Source of the DNA: an uncultured Deinococcales bacterium
Lineage (GTDB): Bacteria; Deinococcota; Deinococci; Deinococcales; JAAFIG01
Length of the DNA stretch: 32,996 bases
Direction: 5' to 3'
NCBI GenBank assembly: GCA_964247135.1
Contig: CAXTTL010000024.1
Span: 1-32,996, forward strand
Shown here: positions 1 to 6,914 of the stretch, piece by piece
Position numbering within the stretch: position 1 is the first letter of the stretch
Layout of the letters: each line of letters opens with the position of its first letter
The notes under the pieces: generated by a model
The model's input: the letters and a program-made list of their open reading frames with translations, nothing else
The model's database searches: none
What the model was told of the DNA's origin: nothing
Made by a program: the position numbers and the translations under genes

Positions 1-856
1 CTTTGACCGCAGGTGTCACCGATTTGGCTCGAGAGGTCATGACCCCCAAACGACGGATTAAAGGGTCTGGAAGCGGAAAACTGATCACACCGTTGGGCAG
101 CGGATGCACCGCCAATGCAGGCATGATGCTAAATCCCAAACCATGATTGACCATCGAGACAACCACACCGTCATCACCGACGTTAAAGGCTGGCTCGAGT
201 TCTTGATTGATCTCATGAAGATGGGCTTGAAGTTGCTTGCCGCAAGAACTGAGATTGCGGATAAATGGCGTGGCACGAAGCTCCGTCCAACTTGGTGTAA
301 GGCTGCGTTTATCGTCTTTCCAGACCACAACGTATTCGTCTCGAGCAATTTCCCATTCGAGCAATTCTGGTGGGGCGGCTTGCATCAATTGTACAAGTCC
401 AATGTCGGCAGTGCCATCCAAAACACTGACCGGAATCAGTTCATCGCCACCGTCATAATCGAGCAATTCAAATTGAACTCCTGGATGCTCGAGTTGAAAA
501 TCCCGAATCACGCCTGGCAGCACGTGCGATCCCAAACTGCGAATCGTGGCAATTTTGAGGGTCACTTTCAAACCGTCCCGCTCGAGTTGCGCCTCTTGCT
601 CGAGGGCTTCGATGGCGCTTAAAGCATTTCTGGCATGACTGAGAATTCGCATTCCAAACGGCGTGGGTTTCGCACCTTGCCGTCCGCGCTCAAGCACCCG
701 TTTGCCAAGAATATGCTCGAGTTCGACAATGGCGTGCGAGAGCGTGGATTGCGATTGGTTTAACTCGAGCGCCGCCTCGGAATAACTGCCCGTCTCGCAG
801 ATTTTTAAGAGCGTTCTGAGTTGTGAAATGGTGACTCGAGCATCACTGAGAATCAT
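1..856 (-). CDS. LysR-family transcriptional regulator (3' end runs off the window)
   Basis: Manual translation from ATG 856: MILSDARVTISQLRTLLKICETGSYSEAALELNQSQSTLSHAIVELEHILGKRVLERGRQGAKPTPFG, a typical LysR helix-turn-helix. It is absent from the ORF track, consistent with no stop before base 1. Confidence 0.93.
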   Translation of the reverse strand, partial: MILSDARVTISQLRTLLKICETGSYSEAALELNQSQSTLSHAIVELEHILGKRVLERGRQGAKPTPFGMRILSHARNALSAIEALEQEAQLERDGLKVTLKIATIRSLGSHVLPGVIRDFQLEHPGVQFELLDYDGGDELIPVSVLDGTADIGLVQLMQAAPPELLEWEIARDEYVVVWKDDKRSLTPSWTELRATPFIRNLSSCGKQLQAHLHEINQELEPAFNVGDDGVVVSMVNHGLGFSIMPALAVHPLPNGVISFPLPDPLIRRLGVMTSRAKSVTPAVK

Positions 857-890
857 GGTTTCATCATTCAACAACAAGTTTAAAAATTCT

Positions 891-905
891 ATCGAATCCC
901 TGCAT
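891..905. promoter_or_regulatory. Possible LysR T-N11-A recognition box
   Basis: ATCGAATCCCTGCAT (T892-N11-A904) lies between the divergent LysR gene and ORF 989. The motif has low information content. Confidence 0.3.
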
Positions 906-988
906 ACATACCGCATTCTACCGCCCGAAAATCAATTGTTGTTCGCGCCGCTCGAGCCTAAACTTTATTCAAGAAAGCGAGGCACAAC

Positions 989-1216
989 ATGATTTCAGCA
1001 ACGCAGAACGTCTATCTCGAGGTGGTCGGTGAGGCAAATGAGGCGGCTTTCAAAAGCGCTTTTGGCAATCTTGAAGCTCAGGTTTTACCGTATGCCAGAC
1101 TCGGTGATTTTACGCTCCAGGTTTCAATTTGCGCGGATGCGATCAAACAAATGGTGTTTAAAGATGTGAAAGTGCAACTCGAGCAACTTGGTTTTACGGT
1201 GCTCGGGGCGCACTAA
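989..1216 (+). CDS. Small hypothetical protein, possible ferredoxin-like (HMA/ACT-type) fold without CxxC
   Basis: GAGG RBS upstream, TAAACT -10-like hexamer at 959-964, divergent from LysR; C-terminus LEQLGFTV resembles HMA-domain ends. Confidence 0.7.
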   Translation: MISATQNVYLEVVGEANEAAFKSAFGNLEAQVLPYARLGDFTLQVSICADAIKQMVFKDVKVQLEQLGFTVLGAH

Positions 1217-1250
1217 ATTTGGGGTTTCATCTGTTCTCAGTTTTGGCACG

Positions 1251-1256
1251 TAAACT
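1251..1256 (+). promoter_or_regulatory. -10 box of a probable leaderless promoter
   Basis: TAAACT followed by exactly 6 nt and then ATG 1263; no Shine-Dalgarno sequence. Confidence 0.6.
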
Positions 1257-1262
1257 ACAGCA

Positions 1263-1643
1263 ATGAAGTTTCGTCCCCGTCACTTGCGCCAACTCGAGCG
1301 TTTTATTCGCGCTCGGGTTGTGCCGTTGATGCTGGCGGTACTTGTTGCCTGGTTCGGCTCGAACGCGTTTCTGGAATCCGCTTCAATGCAAGTCATGCAC
1401 CATCATGCCTGCAATGCACTCTTGGCAAAAACCAATTCAGAACACCCGAACAGTCAAAATCAATTTCATGAACACTGCCAATTTTGTTTTGCACCTGCAC
1501 TTGCCTCTGGCGCTCCAAGCAAATTCAATCTTTCGCGTTTAACTGTTACCCAAACCTTAAAACTCGAGCCTCAACATCACCTGACTCACCATCGGGTTCA
1601 GTACAAAATTGCCGCTCCTCGAGCGCCACCAGTTCAAGTTTAA
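1263..1643 (+). CDS. DUF2946-type (CruR/CutF-like) leader protein with CxxC and C-terminal RAPP arrest motif
   Basis: N-terminal hydrophobic segment, His-rich stretch, HCQFC, terminal APRAPPVQV; directly upstream of copper genes. Confidence 0.82.
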   Translation: MKFRPRHLRQLERFIRARVVPLMLAVLVAWFGSNAFLESASMQVMHHHACNALLAKTNSEHPNSQNQFHEHCQFCFAPALASGAPSKFNLSRLTVTQTLKLEPQHHLTHHRVQYKIAAPRAPPVQV

Positions 1644-1693
1644 ACCATTTGAACTTCGGTTTTTGGCGTTCTGTCTCGAGGTTTTCTCGAGGA
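1616..1693 (+). promoter_or_regulatory. mRNA hairpin covering the RAPP codons and approaching the ycnI RBS
   Basis: AGTTCAA 1631-37 pairs with TTGAACT 1649-55; CGCCA 1624-28 with TGGCG 1664-68; TCCTCGAG 1616-23 with CTCGAGGA 1686-93. Confidence 0.6.
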
Positions 1694-1707
1694 TTTAAGG
1701 GGTTTTG

Positions 1708-2166
1708 ATGAAAAAATATTTTGTGGCATTGGCTGGTCTTTTGGCAACAACAATGGTTTCTGCGGTTTTGGCTCATGCCACCGTCAAATCCGACATGGGT
1801 TTATCGGAATCCAAGGCGGGATCGTATGAAACCTACCGACTGCAAGTCCCAACCGAAAAGCCCCTCGACACCACCGAGGTCAAATTGTTCGTGCCGCAAG
1901 GCTTAACGATCTCGACGTTTCAAGCGTTGCCTGGGTTTGATCGCAGCGTCGAAAAAAATGCGGACGGCATCATCACCACCGTCACTTGGAAGGGCAAAAT
2001 CGGTCAGCAAGAATTTCAACGGTTCTTGTTCAGTGCCAAAAACCCTGCCCAACCGACCACGCTCTTGTTTAAGGTGTACCAAACCTACAGCGATGGCAGC
2101 ATCGTGAAATGGGAAGACGAAGACCCCAAGGGTCAAACCCCAGCCTCTCGGGTCGAAATCAAGTAA
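1708..2166 (+). CDS. ycnI: YcnI/DUF1775 copper-binding exported protein
   Basis: Signal peptide ending VLA|H, then VPTE, VTWKG and VYQTYSDGSIVKW motifs; AAGGGG RBS. Confidence 0.88.
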   Translation: MKKYFVALAGLLATTMVSAVLAHATVKSDMGLSESKAGSYETYRLQVPTEKPLDTTEVKLFVPQGLTISTFQALPGFDRSVEKNADGIITTVTWKGKIGQQEFQRFLFSAKNPAQPTTLLFKVYQTYSDGSIVKWEDEDPKGQTPASRVEIK

Positions 2167-2606
2167 TGAACTCGAGATTTTTCATCGCAACCCTGGTCAG
2201 CTTTTTGCTGGCTGGGGTTGTGTTGGCGCATTCGTACCTCAGCAACAGTTCGATTTTGGCTGGTAGCATTCTGAAAATCATGCCAGACAAATTAACACTG
2301 GAGTTTTCTGAACCGCTCGAAGTTGGATTCTCGAGTTTTAAAGTCTACAAACTCGAGACGAAAAGCACGGACGGCGCGAACATAAAACTCGAGGCAGAGG
2401 CATTGGTGGCTCGGGTTTTGGCGCTCAAGAACGATCTGGCAAAACGTGCCGATGCTGGACTTGAAACCACCGCCAGCGAAGCGGCATTGGTCAAACTCAA
2501 ACTCAAAGCAAACCTTAAGTCTGGAATCTATGTGGTGATGTACCGCGTTTTAAGCGTGGACACGCACATCACCCAAGACTTTTTTACCTTCAGCATCACC
2601 AATTAA
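2166..2606 (+). CDS. copC: CopC-family copper-binding protein (paralog 1)
   Basis: ATG overlaps the ycnI stop (TAATG); signal peptide LA|HS, LEFSEP, GIYVVMYRVLSVDTH. Confidence 0.85.
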   Translation: MNSRFFIATLVSFLLAGVVLAHSYLSNSSILAGSILKIMPDKLTLEFSEPLEVGFSSFKVYKLETKSTDGANIKLEAEALVARVLALKNDLAKRADAGLETTASEAALVKLKLKANLKSGIYVVMYRVLSVDTHITQDFFTFSITN

Positions 2607-2617
2607 AAGGAGCAATC

Positions 2618-3058
2618 ATGAAAAAAACGTTCTTGTTCGTCCTCGCCGCCAGTCTCGCCCTTGTGGGTATCGCCTTCGCGCATTCCAAAGTCAAAAAATC
2701 CACACCCAAAGACGGTGAGATCATCAAAGTCATGCCCAAAGCCGTCAAGCTCGAGTTTGACGAGGGCGTGGTCAGCAGCCTGAGCACGTTTAAAGTCTAT
2801 AAACTCGAGACCAAATCCAAAGGCAGCGAGGCACTCGAGAAGGAAGCCGAAGCCTTGGCTACCAAACTGACCATGAAAAAAGACGATGCGAAGGCTCGAG
2901 CCGATTCTGGATTCAAGGGCGACGGTGACGAGACCACCAAATTTACGATCAACCTGAAATCGGGTTTGAAGCCAGGCGTTTACGTGGTGATGTGGCATTT
3001 GCTTGGTTCTGACACGCACACGGTTTCGGGCAATCTGTGGTTTCAATACAAGCCCTGA
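2618..3058 (+). CDS. copC: CopC-family copper-binding protein (paralog 2)
   Basis: AAGGAG RBS; AFA|HS, STPKDGE, LEFDE, PGVYVVMWHLLGSDTHTVSG. Confidence 0.88.
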   Translation: MKKTFLFVLAASLALVGIAFAHSKVKKSTPKDGEIIKVMPKAVKLEFDEGVVSSLSTFKVYKLETKSKGSEALEKEAEALATKLTMKKDDAKARADSGFKGDGDETTKFTINLKSGLKPGVYVVMWHLLGSDTHTVSGNLWFQYKP

Positions 3059-3101
3059 GACATTCCTCGAGAAATTTTAACGTTATGCTGAATTGGATTT
3101 G

Positions 3102-4307
3102 ATGAACAACGACTATCTGCCCTTAATGTTCCGCCTCGCGTTCTTTGTCGGGGCGGTCTGTTTGATCGGCTCGAGCACGTATCAGCGGTATCTCTCCCCT
3201 GCCCCACCCTCGAGATTGATGCGCCTGGTGCATCTGGCGGGGGCGCTGTTGCTGATCGTCGCCAGTTTGCTCGAGGTTGGCGTGACCGCGTATCGGGCAT
3301 TACTCGAGTTAAACCCATACTTGTACGGCGCGTACATGACCACCTCGAGGCACGGACGGGCGACCTTGGCTCGAGTCGCAATGGCGGCAGCGTTGTGGTG
3401 GGTGGGTTTGGTCGCGCAAAAAGAATGGTTTGAGTTTGGCAAGCTCGACGGGAAATTACTAGATCAAATCGCTCATGGTTTTCTGTGCGTCGGTGTGCTC
3501 ATCACCATCAGTTTCACCTCCCACGCGGGCGCTCGAGCCGAGGTGCTGCCGATTTTTGCCGATGTGATTCATCTGGCTGCCATGACCGCCTGGGTCAGTG
3601 CGGTTGCGTTCACGGCTTTTAACTTGCGCCCTAAAGCGCCACAAGACACTTTAAACTTGCTCGAGCGCGTCTCGAGCGTCGGGCTTGGCACGGTCATTGC
3701 CCTGACCTTGACGGGGCTTTACACGGGTTTGATTCGCCTGTGGGACCCAGAATTGCTGATCGAAACCCAATACGGGCAGGCTTTGGTGCTGAAATTGGCG
3801 GTGGTCGCCGTGATCGTGGCGCTGGCAGGGGTGAATCGTTTTGTGATGATGCCGCAGATGAAAGCCAAACCCAACAATGCCAACTTCACACGGTTTTGGG
3901 GCATTTTAAGGCTCGAGACGGCGTTGCTGGGATTTGTCATGCTCGCCTCCAGCAACCTGTCCACGATTTCGCCGCCAGAACGGGGCGTGCAACTGGCGGC
4001 AATCCAAACTTTCAGTCAACGCATTGCGCCTTGGACGTTGACGGGCACCGCCACACCAACCGTGATTGGCGGGGTCAACCTCGAGTTTGAGATCAAAGGC
4101 GACACTGGCTTTCAACTTTCGCCCGATGCCAGAATTGATGCCACGCTCGAGTCCACCAGCCACACCATGACGCCAGATGTCATGAAGGTTGAACGATCAA
4201 GTGATGGAAAATACCATGCCAGGGGTATTTTCGGCATGACGGGCGAGCATTTGGTGATTCTCAAATGGTCTGGAGCCAAAGCCGAAATCAGACTCGAGGC
4301 AAAATAG
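3102..4307 (+). CDS. copD: CopD-family copper transport membrane protein with C-terminal soluble (YtkA-like) domain
   Basis: About 8 TM segments with SHA, DVIHLAAMTAW and TQYGQALVLK motifs; C-terminal beta domain containing SHTM. Start could be 3093 (TTG) or 3102 (ATG). Confidence 0.87.
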   Translation: MNNDYLPLMFRLAFFVGAVCLIGSSTYQRYLSPAPPSRLMRLVHLAGALLLIVASLLEVGVTAYRALLELNPYLYGAYMTTSRHGRATLARVAMAAALWWVGLVAQKEWFEFGKLDGKLLDQIAHGFLCVGVLITISFTSHAGARAEVLPIFADVIHLAAMTAWVSAVAFTAFNLRPKAPQDTLNLLERVSSVGLGTVIALTLTGLYTGLIRLWDPELLIETQYGQALVLKLAVVAVIVALAGVNRFVMMPQMKAKPNNANFTRFWGILRLETALLGFVMLASSNLSTISPPERGVQLAAIQTFSQRIAPWTLTGTATPTVIGGVNLEFEIKGDTGFQLSPDARIDATLESTSHTMTPDVMKVERSSDGKYHARGIFGMTGEHLVILKWSGAKAEIRLEAK

Positions 4308-4382
4308 TGAAATTCGCCAACGATTCATCTTGCGATGACACGCTATTCTCAAGCTGAAGTTTGCCATCACAAAGGAGCTACC

Positions 4383-5195
4383 ATGAGCCGAATTCACCCA
4401 CTGTTGTTGGTTCTTCCCGCCGTCGCCACGTGCGCTGCGTTGTTGATTACACCCGTCTCGGGACAGCAAAACATCAATTTGACCGTCTTTGCCGCCTCGA
4501 GTTTGACGGATTCTTTCGCCGAAATCGGCAAGGCGTTCGATGCCAAAACGGGCGGCAAAACCAATTTTCAATTTGCAGGATCACAAGTCTTGCGCACCCA
4601 ACTCGAGAATGGCGCGAAAGCAGATGTTTACGCCAGCGCCAACAGTACGCAGTTTGACCCACTTGTAAAAGCTGGTTTGATCTCGAGCGGCATTGTTTTT
4701 ACCAAAAACCGTTTGATCGTGATTGTGCCAAAAAAGGGTGCGGCGAACGTCAAAACGCTGTCCGACCTTAGCAAACCTGGTGTCAAACTGGTGATTGCCG
4801 ACAAAACCGTTCCGGTTGGACAGTACACCCGTCAAATTCTCGAGGCGCTCGGAAAATCCAAATCTTACGGCGCGGATTACACGGCTCGAGTCCTCAAAAA
4901 CATCGTCTCGGAGGAAACAAACGTCCGTCAGGTGGCGCTTAAAGTGCAGTTGGGCGAGGCGGATGCCGGCGTGGTCTACACCACCGATGTCACCCCGACC
5001 CTCGCCCCGAGCGTGATTCAGATTGCCATTCCCGCCAGTTACAACGTGATCGCCAAATACCCGATTGGCGTTTTGAAAAGCTCGAGCAACATTGATGCCG
5101 CCAAAGCTTTCACCGATTTTGTGCTCTCGAGTGACGGGCAAAAGATTCTCGGCAAATGGGGTTTTTTGTCGGTCGGTGGCAACAAAGTACCGTAA
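4383..5195 (+). CDS. modA: Molybdate ABC transporter substrate-binding protein
   Basis: VFAASSL, FAGSQVLRTQLENGAKADVYASA, VPVGQY and GEADAGVVYTTD motifs; AAGGAG RBS before ATG 4383. Confidence 0.95.
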   Translation: MSRIHPLLLVLPAVATCAALLITPVSGQQNINLTVFAASSLTDSFAEIGKAFDAKTGGKTNFQFAGSQVLRTQLENGAKADVYASANSTQFDPLVKAGLISSGIVFTKNRLIVIVPKKGAANVKTLSDLSKPGVKLVIADKTVPVGQYTRQILEALGKSKSYGADYTARVLKNIVSEETNVRQVALKVQLGEADAGVVYTTDVTPTLAPSVIQIAIPASYNVIAKYPIGVLKSSSNIDAAKAFTDFVLSSDGQKILGKWGFLSVGGNKVP

Positions 5196-5259
5196 ATTCT
5201 GTGACCACTTTCAGACTTTGCGCTTCAAGCTCGAGCAATCAATGGCATGATAAACGGGC

Positions 5260-6069
5260 GTGAGTGCCAAGCAGCCAAAACCATCGGTCGCCAATCCCCT
5301 GCCCGTTCTGCCCATCGTGGCAAGTTTGGTGCTGATTGCATTTTTGTTGCTGCCAACCTTGGTGGTGCTCGAGCGTGGAGTGGGCGCGGGGTTTACTGGC
5401 GCGTGGCTCAACCCTGTGGTGCTCGAGGCGTTACGGGTCAGCTTGCTGACGACTGGCATCACCCTTGGCTTGACGGTGATTTTTGGAACGCCCGTCGCTT
5501 ACCTGTTGGCGCGTTATCGATTTGTCGGTCACACCCTGCTCGACACCCTGCTCGACCTGCCGATTGTGCTGCCGCCCGTGGTGGCTGGCGTGGGTCTGCT
5601 GCTGACCTTTGGGCGTCAAGGTTTGCTCGGTGCGCCGCTGGCGATGGCAGGGATTTCTTTGGCGTTCAGCCCCGCCGCCGTGGTGATGGCACAACTTTTT
5701 GCCAGCGCACCTTTTTTTATTCGGGCGGCAAAAGCCGGATTTATGGCGGTGGACCGTGACATCGAAGACGCAGCACGCATCGACGGGGCTTCCAACCTTC
5801 AAGTCTTTTGGTTTATCACCTGGAAGCTCTCGTTCGCTTTTTTGCTCGAGGGTTTGGTGCTGACCTGGGCGCGGGCTTTGGGCGAGTTTGGCGCGACCAT
5901 CTTGTTTGCAGGATCACTGATCGGCAGCACCCGCACGATCACCCTCTCGATTTACGCGGCGCTCGAGAGTGATCTCAACCCCGCGTTGGTCTTGTCGGCA
6001 GTGATGGTTTTTGTGGCTTTTGGACTGTTATTTGTGGTGCGGATGCTCACCAAAAATCGCAGCCATTGA
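5260..6069 (+). CDS. modB: Molybdate ABC transporter permease
   Basis: DLPIVLPPVVAG, EDAARIDGAS and WARALGEFGAT motifs. Confidence 0.94.
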   Translation: MSAKQPKPSVANPLPVLPIVASLVLIAFLLLPTLVVLERGVGAGFTGAWLNPVVLEALRVSLLTTGITLGLTVIFGTPVAYLLARYRFVGHTLLDTLLDLPIVLPPVVAGVGLLLTFGRQGLLGAPLAMAGISLAFSPAAVVMAQLFASAPFFIRAAKAGFMAVDRDIEDAARIDGASNLQVFWFITWKLSFAFLLEGLVLTWARALGEFGATILFAGSLIGSTRTITLSIYAALESDLNPALVLSAVMVFVAFGLLFVVRMLTKNRSH

Positions 6070-6090
6070 ATTCTCGAGGTCAAATGGTTT

Positions 6091-6468
6091 TTAAGCTTGC
6101 GCTTCTGGTTTTTGATCGTTCTCAACGGCGCTATCGGCGGCAAAATCGTTGGCTTGGATTTCGTCATTGCCCACCAAAATAGGCAGTTCGGTTGGGGCGG
6201 GCTGCAAGAGTTGCGCCAGCACGCTTTCGCGGTCGCGGATGGTCGCATGAACCCGCTCGAGTTCGCGCACAATTGGCTCCAAGGCGCTCGAGTCGTTGCG
6301 TCCAAAATAATAACTGCGCCCCAAGCGGGCGAACAACACGTCCCGTTCGCGGTTGAGGTTGAGAATATCCAAGCGCACCCGAGTCACCCGAGCGCCAAGT
6401 TCGCCCTTCTCTTTGGCGAATTCATAGCCTTTGGAAAGGTTCTTTTTTAAGTTGTCCAACAATCCCAT
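6091..6468 (-). CDS. Hypothetical coiled-coil protein
   Basis: AAGGAG RBS before ATG 6468 (MGLLDNLKK); helical pattern LFARLGRSYY. Confidence 0.75.
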   Translation of the reverse strand: MGLLDNLKKNLSKGYEFAKEKGELGARVTRVRLDILNLNRERDVLFARLGRSYYFGRNDSSALEPIVRELERVHATIRDRESVLAQLLQPAPTELPILVGNDEIQANDFAADSAVENDQKPEAQA

Positions 6469-6625
6469 TTGGGTTTCTCCTTGGGGTTTTGATGGCATCA
6501 AAAAATCCCATCACTATGCTACATGGTAGTGACTTACAAAAAACTAACAAACTGTTTGGCTCGAGTTTTAGAGGGTTTTATGGGGTCTATCGCAGGAGAA
6601 AGTTTTGAGGGTTTGAGTTGATTTG

Positions 6626-6885
6626 GCTATAAGCTGCAAGCCATAAGCTCTAAGGAACGGCGTTTTTGGCTTGCAGCTTGGAGCTTCTTCTTGATCCCAA
6701 GACGCACCTTCTCGACCCCAAAGATGCACCTTCTTGACCATAAAATGCACCTAACGGTCATGGTCGCTGACGGGCTTGGGTCGCTTCGGGCGGGATCGCT
6801 TGACCATTCCCGCTCCTTCTTGAACCTAAGCGTGCACCTTGCGGGCAGGTTCGCTCACGGGCATGGTCGCTTAAAGCTTATCGCC
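6626..6885. repeat. Inverted heptamer tandem-repeat element interrupted by nested micro-elements
   Basis: Left arm GCTATAA-GCTGCAA-GCCATAA-GCTCTAA; right arm GCTTGCA-GCTTGGA-G[insert]CTTAAA-GCTTATC; perfect 13-bp inverted repeat 6631-6643/6667-6679. Confidence 0.75.
6684..6869 (+). mobile_element. Five nested 36-39 nt hairpin micro-elements
   Basis: The region parses without leftover bases into five CTTCTYGA...CGG...TCG units, each with its own complementary stem; a near-identical copy lies at 28872-28907. Mobility is inferred. Confidence 0.75.
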
Positions 6886-6914
6886 CTGCTCGAGAAACCT
6901 ATCGATACAGGCTC

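Noticed and set aside
104-622. 172-aa plus-strand ORF
   Set aside because: Antisense shadow of the LysR gene, which has clear motifs on the minus strand.
6684-6869. Mini-CRISPR array or simple tandem repeat
   Set aside because: Units are 15-22 nt with no unique spacers and no cas genes nearby; left and right halves pair in nested order, which tandem duplication does not explain.
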